A stretch of 64,000 bases of DNA from the NCBI GenBank assembly GCA_026196875.1, contig JAPHTP010000043.1, positions 12,660 to 76,659 of the forward strand, given 5' to 3'. Shown here in pieces: positions 29,761 through 39,507 of this stretch. The position numbers and the translations under genes are program-made. Each line of letters opens with the position of its first letter. Position 1 is the stretch's first letter. Source of the DNA: Kangiellaceae bacterium. GTDB lineage: Bacteria; Pseudomonadota; Gammaproteobacteria; Enterobacterales; Kangiellaceae. The notes beneath the pieces are model-generated. The model saw only the letters and a program-made list of their open reading frames with translations. It was not told where the DNA came from and did not search any database.

Positions 29761-30330
29761 GTGAACCCACAATCAATTAGAGATTACAAAGTACTCCTAT
29801 TTTTCATTGCATTGCTCTGGATTGTGGAATTGATCAATCTGTTGATTGGTCACCAACTTAACCAATTTGCTTTAAGGCCGCGCGACCTTTCCAGTGTATA
29901 TGGGATCTTCACTGTTCATTTTTTACACTGGGACTTCGCGCACTTATTATCGAATTCGATTCCTCTCGCCTTTTTAGGGTTTCTGGTATGTGCCACCGGG
30001 CGTGCGTTAGTTGTGACAGCCACCATTATGCTGAGTAGCGGAATAGCGGTTTGGTTATTTGCGAGAAATGGCTTGCACGCTGGAGCCTCAGGCCTTGTAA
30101 TGGGCTACTGGGGTTACTTAATAAGCAACGCATTTTTTGATCGAAGTCTGAAAAATCTCTTTATAGGGATAATTACTATTGCGCTCTATGGAGGAATAGT
30201 GTTTAGTTTGTTAGATTTTCGAGCTACAACCAGTTTTGAAGGGCATCTGTTTGGATTTGCCGCAGGTGTAGTGGTCGCTTGGGGATACAGTAAGCGGCTG
30301 GGGAATAATAAAAAATTAAGACAAAGTTGA
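29761..30330 (+). CDS. Short rhomboid-family intramembrane serine protease
   Basis: 189 aa, 6 TM. GASGLVMGY (GxSG) and HLFGFAAG (catalytic His helix). GTG start. Confidence 0.55.
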   Translation: MNPQSIRDYKVLLFFIALLWIVELINLLIGHQLNQFALRPRDLSSVYGIFTVHFLHWDFAHLLSNSIPLAFLGFLVCATGRALVVTATIMLSSGIAVWLFARNGLHAGASGLVMGYWGYLISNAFFDRSLKNLFIGIITIALYGGIVFSLLDFRATTSFEGHLFGFAAGVVVAWGYSKRLGNNKKLRQS

Positions 30331-30340
30331 GGGAAGTATT

Positions 30341-30991
30341 ATGGATGCATTTTTAGCTGTAGCTGGCAGTTTTCCCGTTTCGATTTATACCACAATCAAC
30401 CTGGTGATCATTGGCATTTGGTTTTTTATGGCATTAGGACTTTTCGATATTGAAGTTTTTGATGTAGATGTGGACATTGAAATAGATGCCGACGCGGGAA
30501 GTTTAAGTGGTGTGACAGGGTTTCTAGCTACGCTAGGCCTAACCGGTGTACCTATTTTTATCGTTCTAACTATTATTTTTTTCTCGTCGTGGATAGTTTC
30601 CTATTTTGCAGTTAAATACGGTCTATTTTGGAATAATTCCGAAATTATACGTTATCTAGTAGGAACTGGAATTATGGTTGGAAGTTTTTTAATCTCAATT
30701 CCGGTTACTGCTCAAGCAGTAAAACCATTAAGAAAATTCTTTGCAAAACTTAACAATACAACCACGGCAAAGTCTCTTAAGGGAAAACAAGCAACCGTTA
30801 GAACATCTAAAGTTAATTCATCCTTTGGTGAAGCAGAATGTGTTAACGATGGTGCTAGTTTAGTACTTAAAATTCGTGCAGACGAAAAATATGAATTAAC
30901 TAAAGGCGATTTAGTTAGAATAATTGAAGTTGATCAAGAGGGATCAATTTATCATGTAGTTCCTGAAAAGGAATTTGGGTTAAATGAATAA
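30341..30991 (+). CDS. yqiJ: YqiJ-type membrane protein with C-terminal NfeD-like OB domain
   Basis: N-terminal TM helices, acidic DVDVDIEIDAD segment, C-terminal β-rich NfeD-like region. Immediately precedes the flotillin gene, as in E. coli yqiJK. Confidence 0.65.
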   Translation: MDAFLAVAGSFPVSIYTTINLVIIGIWFFMALGLFDIEVFDVDVDIEIDADAGSLSGVTGFLATLGLTGVPIFIVLTIIFFSSWIVSYFAVKYGLFWNNSEIIRYLVGTGIMVGSFLISIPVTAQAVKPLRKFFAKLNNTTTAKSLKGKQATVRTSKVNSSFGEAECVNDGASLVLKIRADEKYELTKGDLVRIIEVDQEGSIYHVVPEKEFGLNE

Positions 30992-31018
30992 ATAATTGTA
31001 ATTTAGTGAGGGAATAAT

Positions 31019-32983
31019 ATGGGCGCTGATATTTTAATTTTACCTGGGGCAATACTCGCGATAATTCTGTTTATCGGAATATTTGTAGCCTCTGTTTACA
31101 AGAAAGTTCCACAAGGTTATGCACTTATAGTGAATAATTTAAGAGCCAAGCCAAAAGTAAGCTTTACCGGAGCATTGGTAATTCCAGTAATTCATAAAAT
31201 GGAAGTAATGAAGATTTCTCTGATTACGCTAGAGCTTGATCGTCGTGCAAAAGACGGCCTCATTTGTAAAGATAATCTTCGAGCAGATATTACAGTAGCT
31301 TTCTATCTACGAGTGAACGAAACTCAAGACGATGTATTAAAAGTCGCCAAAGCAATATCTGTCGAGAGAGCGTCTGATAAAGAAGCGGTCAATCAACTTT
31401 TTAATGCCAAATTCTCTGAAGCATTAAAAACTGTTGGTAAGCAAATGGAATTTCTCGAACTATTTGAAAACCGTATTCAATTCCGTGAGAAAATTGTTAA
31501 AGTTATCGGAGATGACTTAAATGGTTACGCGCTAGAAGACGTTGCAATTGACTATTTAGAGCAAACCCCAAAAGTTCAGCTCGATCCAAACAACATTCTT
31601 GACTCTGAAGGTATTCGCCGAATCACTGAAGTAACGGCCACCCAAAATATCGAAACCAACCGATTAGAGAAAGACGAAGAGCTAGCTATCACTAAGAAAA
31701 ATGTTGAAACAAAAGAAGCATTACTTTCCTTAGAAAGGCAAGAAGCGGATGCAACCGCTCGCCAGCAGCGTGAAATCGCTACTATCCAAGCTCGTGAAGA
31801 AGCTGAAACTCAAAAAGTTGAAGCTGAAGAAAAATTAAAGTCTGAACAAGCTCGCATTGCGACGGAAGAACAAGTTTCTATCCGCGAAGAAAATAAAATG
31901 CGCCAGGTTGAAGTGGCTGAGCAAAACCGTGAGCGTGCAGTAGTTATTGAGAAAGAGAAAGTTATTCGTGCACAACAAATGGAAGAAGTTAATCGCCAAA
32001 GGGAAGTTGAACTATCCGTAATTGATAAAGATAAAGCGCTTGAAGAAGAACGTAAAATAATTGCGCAAACCATCAGTGAAAGAATCGCAGTTGAAAAGAA
32101 AGTTGCTGAAGAAGAAGAACGTATTAAAGAAGTTCAAGAAGTATCTGAAGCGGATCGTTCTAAGCAAGTAAAAGTTTTGGCGGCAGAAGCATCCGCACAA
32201 GAAGAACTGGTTCACACAGTAAAACGTGCTGAAGCGGATGAGAAAAAAGCAGAGCATAAAGCTCGTGAAATTAACATGATAGCTCAAGCTGAGTTAGAAG
32301 CTGCATCTAAGAAAGCGGAAGCGGAAAAGAAAGTTGCGGAAGGTACGCAAGCTTCTCAAGCAGCATCAGGTTTAGCGCAAGCGAAGGTTATGGAAGCAAA
32401 AGCCGATGCATTTGAGAAAGAAGGATTGGCTGAAGCGCGAGTCCAAGAAGCGAAAGCAGTATCACTTGAGAAAGAAGGACTGGCTGAAGCTACCGTGCTA
32501 GAAGAGAAACTAACTGCTGAAGCGCGTGGTAACGAAAATCTAGGTAAAGCAGATGCAGTTGCTAAGAAAGAAATTGGCCTGAGCGAAGCTGATGTACTAC
32601 GCGAAAAAGGTAAAGCTGAAGCCGATGCATTGGTTGAAAAGTTTGCAGCGATGAACAATATGAGTAAAGATTCCAGAGAGTTCGAAGAATTCAGAATGAA
32701 TCTTGAATATCAGTTAAGAGAGGTTCTAGCCTCTATCGATGCGAACAAAGAAATTTCTGGCGACCAAGCTGAAGTTCTTGCTGCTGCACTCAAAAATGCC
32801 AATATCGATATTGTTGGTGGACAAGGCGACTACTTTGACAAATTGGCCAAAGGTATGGGGGCAGGTAATGCAGTAAATGGCTTCATCGAGAAAAGCCCCA
32901 TTGTACAAGCTTTAATGGAAAAACTTTTAGGTGGTGCAAGCAATAAGCCAGAAGTTATAGAGCCTTCTAAGGATGAGGCATAG
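31019..32983 (+). CDS. yqiK: Flotillin (SPFH/band-7) family protein, YqiK-like, with extended EA-rich coiled coil
   Basis: N-terminal TM anchor plus SPFH domain (…VFHKMEVMKISLITLELD…). Long E/A/K-rich coiled coil with internal tandem repeats at about 32395–32510. Confidence 0.8.
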   Translation: MGADILILPGAILAIILFIGIFVASVYKKVPQGYALIVNNLRAKPKVSFTGALVIPVIHKMEVMKISLITLELDRRAKDGLICKDNLRADITVAFYLRVNETQDDVLKVAKAISVERASDKEAVNQLFNAKFSEALKTVGKQMEFLELFENRIQFREKIVKVIGDDLNGYALEDVAIDYLEQTPKVQLDPNNILDSEGIRRITEVTATQNIETNRLEKDEELAITKKNVETKEALLSLERQEADATARQQREIATIQAREEAETQKVEAEEKLKSEQARIATEEQVSIREENKMRQVEVAEQNRERAVVIEKEKVIRAQQMEEVNRQREVELSVIDKDKALEEERKIIAQTISERIAVEKKVAEEEERIKEVQEVSEADRSKQVKVLAAEASAQEELVHTVKRAEADEKKAEHKAREINMIAQAELEAASKKAEAEKKVAEGTQASQAASGLAQAKVMEAKADAFEKEGLAEARVQEAKAVSLEKEGLAEATVLEEKLTAEARGNENLGKADAVAKKEIGLSEADVLREKGKAEADALVEKFAAMNNMSKDSREFEEFRMNLEYQLREVLASIDANKEISGDQAEVLAAALKNANIDIVGGQGDYFDKLAKGMGAGNAVNGFIEKSPIVQALMEKLLGGASNKPEVIEPSKDEA

Positions 32984-33133
32984 TTATTAAATAACTACAA
33001 ACATAAGGTAATGTCATTTCAGACCGTAGCGGAGGAATATCCTAATTACGATCGCGAAATCTTGTGGAGATCTCTCCGCTATAGTCGAGATGACAAACAA
33101 TTCTAAAAGTCTCAGGGAAAGGTAGGGATTTTT

Positions 33134-36100
33134 GTGACTGATCAAGCAAATCAAAATAATTCGATTGTAGAGCAAGCGGTTGCTGAAGGTGGCGCTTACG
33201 ATATTATTCGTCAGCGACTAACAAAGCAAGGTAACTCGCTCGAAGAACTAACCGCTAAAATAAATAGCAAACGTCAAGAAGAATTCGGCACAACTGAAAT
33301 GAACGTGTTGGGTCGTATGCGGCTGCGTACCGAAAATAATTGCCAAGCAAAAGATTTAGTAATCGTCGGCGACTATGTTCTATTTGGTTACAACGTTTTT
33401 ATTGGATTGCGAAAAGATATCAAAGTTGATGATGTTTTCTCTCTTTATCGACTTACTGAGAAAGAAGAGCAATACGACTTAAAACATGTTCCAACTACAG
33501 AGTCTTTTCTAAATGATCAGAGATTCTTAGGTGACTTCAATGAGCTTTACGCTTATTACAAAGATACGTCCCTTTCGCAGCTCGTACTTAAAGACAATAA
33601 GCTCCTTGCCTCTTTTCAAATTGGAGATCGACTAACTGATGTTCGAGTATTTAGGTGGGAAGTTTCTGCTGACGGTAAACGAATTGAGTATATCGACAAT
33701 CGAGGCGAACGTGACTTGCAGTTGCCAGACAGCCATGATTTTGAATGGATAGAATGTCAGCGCGATGATGTGATTGACGGGCGTAACCCGCATATCAACA
33801 TTTTGGACACTTTATTTATTGACAATATGCGTGGCGATATCACAATTAAAATTGAGGATAATACTAACGTTGGATTAGGGATTTATTCAGAACCTGTTGA
33901 AGAAAAAAACCAGTCACTCGATGATGCCGAATTTTATTTCACCGATCTTAACCAACTTATATTACTTAAGATCAAACCTTACTTAGAAGAAGATTACCGC
34001 TATCTGGTTTTCAATCGGCTACATGAAACCATCACGCGTATTGATCAAATTGGTGACGCTTGTCAGCTACTACCGGAAGACCACGGGATAATCTTCCCAG
34101 GTGGTTACTATCTAGTAACGGGTGAATATAAAACCTTTGATGATGAACTAGATGGTTTGGTTTATAAAAGAACCCTTCGTTCACCGAATGGTGAAGACGT
34201 TCTTTATATATTCTACCAACCTGAAACCAACATTATCGCCTTGTATCCATACAATCTGATCGAAAAGTCACTACAAAATCCGTTGTTTGGGCATGGCTAT
34301 GGATTTTATGAAGATGGCCGCATGATCATCTTTTACGCTGAAGATGAACCAAGTCGAGTTCACCCCCTACAAATTTGGCAGACGCCCTACTTCTCTGAAG
34401 TTTTCGCCAGCCAACAACCTGAATCCACGAGCTTCTATGGGAAGATTGGCAACGCCGAATTAGTCAGAGGGATCTCTGAACTCTATAGTATTGCTAAGAG
34501 CGTTGCTTCTGAAGATGTGTCCGCTACCCATTATCATGAGTTGAGTGAAAGTTGTTCAAAAATATTTGATGCTTACTTTTGGTTAGATTCAAAAGAGCTA
34601 AATGAAATTGCCAAGCTCCTTAAAGAAATTGCGCAGACTTCAGAATCTGTTATTGATGAATATGAAAAAGTTGAAAGTATCCGTCAGCAATCAATTAAGG
34701 CGTTACGTGATTCCGAAGCTCACCAAAAAGAAATCATCCAACATATAGAACCTGATAGTTGGCATTCACCACAAGACTTTGTAGATGGGCTTAAAGATAT
34801 ACGTCAACATCGTGGTCATTTAATGAGTATTCGAGAGTATCGCTATATCGATACTCAAAAGATCGATTCACTTGATAAAGAAATTGGTGATATCGAGGAT
34901 AGACTAAATCAACAAACAGTCGAGTTTCTTGCTTCAGAAGGTTCGCTTAATAGCTACTATAAACGGCTTGATGATGTCGCCAAAAATAGCGTTAAGTGTA
35001 AAAGTAATGCTGAGTTAAAACCCTTTATTGAATCGCTCGATACTATGGCGCAGGGATTAGATCTAATCTCCGAAATGATGGCGACACTGAAAGTCGATGA
35101 TGCCACTTTGCAAACTAAGATTGTTGACGCGGTTTCTTCACTTTACGGAAAGCTTAACCAGCAAAAAGCGCAGCTCGATCATCAAAGAAAATCAATGGGT
35201 AGTAAGGAAGCCACCGCTCAGTTTGGCGCGCGACTAAAATTACTTAATCAAAGTATTCACAATGCCATCAGCCTTTCTACTACTCCGGAAAGATGTGACG
35301 AACAGGTTTCTCGTCTATTAGTTCAGTTAGAAGAACTTGAAGGTGAATTTAGCGAATACGATGAGTTCATTGCCGATGTTATTACTAAGCGAGAAGAGAT
35401 CTTTGAAACTTTCGAAGAACATAAACAAAGTTTAATTGAAGCTCGCCAACGAAAAGCGCAATCGCTAGCCGAGGCAGGCGAGAGAATTCTGCAAAGTATT
35501 CAACGACGCGTTAAAAGATTTAATGAAGCAGACGAGCTCAATGCATTCTTTGCTGCGGACGGTCTAGTTAATAAAGTTCGCGATTTAATCGACCAGCTTG
35601 CTGAGCTAAACGACAGCGTCAAATCAGAAGATTTGAGTGCACGTTTAAAAGGGATCAAAGAACAATCGGTTCGCTCTTTAAGAGATAAAAGTGACTTGTA
35701 TGAAGAGGGCGGCAACGTAATAAAGTTAGGGCCGCGGCACAAATTCTCCGTGAATAGCCAAGAATTAGATTTAACTTTATTACCAAAAGACGACGGTTTG
35801 AATATTCGCCTTACGGGAACAGATTATTCAGAGCCGTTAAACAGTGGCAAACTGGATTCACTCAAGGATTATTGGCATATCACTGTTCCCTCTGAGTCTG
35901 AAAAACTATATCGATCGGAGTATCTGACCTATCAGATACTAAACTCGGCGATAAAAGGCGAGAACGGATTAGATTGGCACAAGTTAACCGCTGCGGCTGC
36001 GGATCCTAAAGTACTTAACCAGCTGGTTACAGAATATGCGACTCCGCGTTATAAGGAAGGTTACGAAAAGGGGATCCATGATTTTGATGCTGCTTTAATG

Positions 36101-38524
36101 TTAAAGCAGATAGTGCCAGTTTATGAAATTGCGGGCGTATTTAAATATCCTCCCCTAGCACGTGGTCTTGCCTGCATCTTTTGGGCAAACATGCAGCGAG
36201 AAGATTCGACCAAGTTATGGGAACAACGGGCCGGCAATGCCCGTCGGATGGTAGAACTATTTAATAATACACAGGCAAAGTCTGATTTGGTGGTGGAAAT
36301 TAAAAAGGTTTTAACGGACTTCTTAAAAGAACACCAGCTTGAGCAAACAGACCAAGTTATCTCAAGTGCTTCAGAATACTTATGTGATGAATTGGCTCAA
36401 GATCGTGTCGGCTTTGCGACATCTAAATATGCACGCCATTTGTATGATGAGTTTAAAACACATCTCGAAACCCAAGGTGTGTGGCGCGACTTTATTAAAA
36501 GTCTTGATGATTTAAAAGGAAAAGTCGGCAAGCGTTGGGCACTATCTGCCAGTTGGTTAAACGCCTATGTTAAATCACAAAATAAAACTGAAAACCAAGC
36601 ATTCATTGGCGAAGCAATAGGTATTTTAAATGCAGAACAACGCATCAGTCGAACCGATCATGAGATAGATATTCAATTTGAAGTGGAAGGTTTAATGGGC
36701 AGTCATTCAACGATTGAAGATAGAAAGCTTTCGTTGAGATTGGATGAGTTTATTGAAAGAAACCTTTATCACCAAAATAATGTTATTCCGGGTTATGAAT
36801 CTTTCTTAAAAACCAGGCACGAAGTCGTAACCGAGCAAAGAGATTTCTTACGTCTGAACGAGTTTAAAGCAAAACCGCTATCCTCTTTTGTAAGAAACAA
36901 ATTAATCAATGAAGTTTATCTCCCTATTATTGGAGATAATTTGGCGAAGCAAATGGGGACTGTTGGTGATAGCAAGCGATCTGACTTAATGGGCTTGTTA
37001 TTAATGATCTCGCCTCCTGGTTACGGTAAAACTACATTGATGGAGTATGTCGCCGATCGATTAGGCTTGATCTTTATGAAGATTAATTGCCCGGTTATTG
37101 GGCATTCCGTTACTTCGGTTGACCCTGCTCAAGCAGACAACAGTGCTTCACGGCAAGAATTAGAGAAGCTCAATCTAGCCCTGGAAATGGGTAATAACGT
37201 GATGCTATATCTGGATGATATCCAGCATACTAACAGCGAGTTCTTGCAGAAATTCATTTCTCTGTGTGACGGTACCAGACGTATTGAAGGGGTTTGGAAA
37301 GGTCGCACTAAAACTCACGATATGCGCGGCAAAAAATTCTGTGTGGTTATGGCTGGTAACCCATACACGGAATCTGGCGAGTCATTCCAAATCCCGGATA
37401 TGCTTGCCAACCGTGCTGATATCTACAATTTAGGTGATGTACTTAGCGGTAAAGAGAATGTATTTGAATTGAGCTATATTGAAAATTCCTTAACATCTAA
37501 CCCTGTCTTAGCGCCGCTTGCGACTCGCAGTATGGATGATGTGTACAAATTCCTTGATATGGCGGAAGGCAAAGAAATTGCCACTACGGAGCTTTCACAT
37601 CAATACAGTAGCGCTGAAGTAAAAGAGATCGTTGAAGTCTTAAAGAAGTTAAAATTTATCCAGCGGATCGTGTGGCGAGTTAATCAGGAATATATTGCGG
37701 CTAGTGCTCAGGACAATAAATTTAGAACTGAGCCGACATTTAAACTGCAAGGCTCTTATCGAAATATGAATAAGATGGTGGAGAAAGTTTCGGCTATTAT
37801 GACTGAAGATGAATTGCAAAGTCTGGTCGATGATCATTACCAAGGTGAATCGCAATTATTGACAAGCGGTACAGAAGCTAATTTACTTAAACTTGCCGAG
37901 CTAAGAGATAATTTGACCGAAGACCAAGCAGCACGTTGGGATAAAATAAAAAAGGACTATGTACGCGATAAAGCCATGGGCGGTGATGATGCGGATACCG
38001 GAAGCAAAATTGTTGTTCAACTAAATGATTTGGTCAGCGGAGTAAATGCCTGGAGAGAAAGCGCAGAACACGCTAATCAAAAAGCTCTGCAGGAAAAACA
38101 AACTGATTCGACACAACCTGCTTGGCAAAAAGACGTTGTTACAGCCATCAATCAATTTGGAATGCAGCTAGAAAAAGTTGTTAAAACTCAATCGCAACAA
38201 TTGGCCACCCAATCAAAAGATGCTCAAGTAAAAGATGAGTCGCCGCAAATCGAAAAATTTGCTGAGCTATTACACGAAACGCTCAATCCGCTTGTTCGCG
38301 TTATGAATGGCAAGCTTGATCTAGATTTGGGTACGCATCAAAGGATGACCGAATTAAGTGAAAAGTTGGATAAAATTGCTACTCGTACCGGTCGAACAAA
38401 AGCGGCTGAACGCGGCCTATTTGGTGACGGCCCTATGCAGAAGCGTTCAACTAAAAAGAAATCAGAAAATAAAAAATCAGAGTCTAACAAATCATCAGGT
38501 AATAAATCTGATGAAGATAAATAG
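33134..38524 (+). CDS. Giant (1796 aa) multidomain protein with C-terminal MoxR/AAA_5-type AAA+ ATPase. Function unknown.
   Basis: Walker A ISPPGYGKTT, Walker B LYLDDIQHT, sensor/Arg region VVMAGNPYT…IPDMLANRADIYNL, all MoxR/AAA_5 hallmarks. About 430-aa β-rich N-terminus, about 500-aa coiled-coil middle, basic low-complexity C-tail. GTG start with GGAAAGGTAGGGA upstream. Confidence 0.7.
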   Translation: MTDQANQNNSIVEQAVAEGGAYDIIRQRLTKQGNSLEELTAKINSKRQEEFGTTEMNVLGRMRLRTENNCQAKDLVIVGDYVLFGYNVFIGLRKDIKVDDVFSLYRLTEKEEQYDLKHVPTTESFLNDQRFLGDFNELYAYYKDTSLSQLVLKDNKLLASFQIGDRLTDVRVFRWEVSADGKRIEYIDNRGERDLQLPDSHDFEWIECQRDDVIDGRNPHINILDTLFIDNMRGDITIKIEDNTNVGLGIYSEPVEEKNQSLDDAEFYFTDLNQLILLKIKPYLEEDYRYLVFNRLHETITRIDQIGDACQLLPEDHGIIFPGGYYLVTGEYKTFDDELDGLVYKRTLRSPNGEDVLYIFYQPETNIIALYPYNLIEKSLQNPLFGHGYGFYEDGRMIIFYAEDEPSRVHPLQIWQTPYFSEVFASQQPESTSFYGKIGNAELVRGISELYSIAKSVASEDVSATHYHELSESCSKIFDAYFWLDSKELNEIAKLLKEIAQTSESVIDEYEKVESIRQQSIKALRDSEAHQKEIIQHIEPDSWHSPQDFVDGLKDIRQHRGHLMSIREYRYIDTQKIDSLDKEIGDIEDRLNQQTVEFLASEGSLNSYYKRLDDVAKNSVKCKSNAELKPFIESLDTMAQGLDLISEMMATLKVDDATLQTKIVDAVSSLYGKLNQQKAQLDHQRKSMGSKEATAQFGARLKLLNQSIHNAISLSTTPERCDEQVSRLLVQLEELEGEFSEYDEFIADVITKREEIFETFEEHKQSLIEARQRKAQSLAEAGERILQSIQRRVKRFNEADELNAFFAADGLVNKVRDLIDQLAELNDSVKSEDLSARLKGIKEQSVRSLRDKSDLYEEGGNVIKLGPRHKFSVNSQELDLTLLPKDDGLNIRLTGTDYSEPLNSGKLDSLKDYWHITVPSESEKLYRSEYLTYQILNSAIKGENGLDWHKLTAAAADPKVLNQLVTEYATPRYKEGYEKGIHDFDAALMLKQIVPVYEIAGVFKYPPLARGLACIFWANMQREDSTKLWEQRAGNARRMVELFNNTQAKSDLVVEIKKVLTDFLKEHQLEQTDQVISSASEYLCDELAQDRVGFATSKYARHLYDEFKTHLETQGVWRDFIKSLDDLKGKVGKRWALSASWLNAYVKSQNKTENQAFIGEAIGILNAEQRISRTDHEIDIQFEVEGLMGSHSTIEDRKLSLRLDEFIERNLYHQNNVIPGYESFLKTRHEVVTEQRDFLRLNEFKAKPLSSFVRNKLINEVYLPIIGDNLAKQMGTVGDSKRSDLMGLLLMISPPGYGKTTLMEYVADRLGLIFMKINCPVIGHSVTSVDPAQADNSASRQELEKLNLALEMGNNVMLYLDDIQHTNSEFLQKFISLCDGTRRIEGVWKGRTKTHDMRGKKFCVVMAGNPYTESGESFQIPDMLANRADIYNLGDVLSGKENVFELSYIENSLTSNPVLAPLATRSMDDVYKFLDMAEGKEIATTELSHQYSSAEVKEIVEVLKKLKFIQRIVWRVNQEYIAASAQDNKFRTEPTFKLQGSYRNMNKMVEKVSAIMTEDELQSLVDDHYQGESQLLTSGTEANLLKLAELRDNLTEDQAARWDKIKKDYVRDKAMGGDDADTGSKIVVQLNDLVSGVNAWRESAEHANQKALQEKQTDSTQPAWQKDVVTAINQFGMQLEKVVKTQSQQLATQSKDAQVKDESPQIEKFAELLHETLNPLVRVMNGKLDLDLGTHQRMTELSEKLDKIATRTGRTKAAERGLFGDGPMQKRSTKKKSENKKSESNKSSGNKSDEDK

Positions 38525-38548
38525 AGAAATAAACTTAGGAAATCAGTA

Positions 38549-38830
38549 ATGGCAGTTATTAGTCTAACGCGCGATCATCAGCTCTCGCTGGAAGAAATTA
38601 CCCAGCGAGTAAATGAAATCGCTTTAAAATTAGAGCAAAAGCTTGATATACGGTCTGAATGGGAAAATGAAAATACGCTTCAGTTCCGTCGCAAGGGAGC
38701 CAATGGTAGTATTGAAATTTCTGAAAATTCGGTAGATGTAACCGTTCGATTAGGTATGATGTTTCGCGCCCTTAAAGGCATGGTGCAGCAAGAGTTAGAA
38801 GGTGTTCTCGATAAACAGTTAAATAACTAA
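38549..38830 (+). CDS. Small protein of the 'putative polyhydroxyalkanoic acid system protein' family (TIGR02610-like)
   Basis: 93 aa. Pattern ISLTRDHQLSLEE…FRRKGANGSIEISENSVDVTVRLGMMFRALKGMVQQELEGVLDKQL matches remembered family members. RBS AGGAAAT upstream. 25 nt after the giant ORF. Confidence 0.55.
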   Translation: MAVISLTRDHQLSLEEITQRVNEIALKLEQKLDIRSEWENENTLQFRRKGANGSIEISENSVDVTVRLGMMFRALKGMVQQELEGVLDKQLNN

Positions 38831-38939
38831 AATCTATTAAAGTAAAAGATTAATACAATTTATATATAGTGATTGCCTGGTTTATACTCTCTTCACATTC
38901 AACATTCTTTCTTATTTATTAACTATTAGGGCAATCACA

Positions 38940-39419
38940 ATGACTATAGAACTCAGCCAGTCTATTCCTGTATCAAATGTAAAAATCATTCAAGGCGGCG
39001 AAGTCGCTGACGTCGATACCGAGGAATTTTTTGCAGAAGGTAAAATCGTTTTATTCGGCCTTCCTGGCGCATTTACACCGACTTGTTCAGCCGCGCATTT
39101 ACCAGGCTTTGTTGTAAAAGCAGATGAAATCAAAGCTAAAGGCGTTCAACAAATTGTCTGTATGTCGGTCAATGATGCATTTGTAATGAAAGCGTGGGGG
39201 GAAGTCAGTAACGCAGAAGAAATTGTAATGTTAGCAGATGGTAACGCAGACTTTTCAAAAGCGCTTGGATTAGACTTTGATGTTTCTGCTGCGGGAATGG
39301 GGACACGTTGTAAACGTTTTGCAGCGATTATCGAAGATGGCAAAGTGTCTCAATTGTTTATCGAGGAGCCAAAGCAGTTTGAGGTTTCTACGGCTGAATA
39401 TGTTTTAGAGAAACTCTAA
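38940..39419 (+). CDS. Prx5-type peroxiredoxin
   Basis: PGAFTPTCSAAHLPGF active-site motif. 159 aa. Confidence 0.8.
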   Translation: MTIELSQSIPVSNVKIIQGGEVADVDTEEFFAEGKIVLFGLPGAFTPTCSAAHLPGFVVKADEIKAKGVQQIVCMSVNDAFVMKAWGEVSNAEEIVMLADGNADFSKALGLDFDVSAAGMGTRCKRFAAIIEDGKVSQLFIEEPKQFEVSTAEYVLEKL

Positions 39420-39445
39420 ATTTCATTCGCAAAAAATTAATTGAT

Positions 39446-39468
39446 AGCCTCGACACTGTGTCGAGGCT
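39446..39468 (-). terminator. Hairpin AGCCTCGACAC/GTGTCGAGGCT with T-run on the minus strand
   Basis: Perfect 10–11-bp stem followed by TTTTTT on the minus strand, downstream of the 39508–39699 ORF. Confidence 0.4.
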
Positions 39469-39507
39469 TACCGCAGAGTATTATTAGGATTGTACCCCTG
39501 TTCGACC

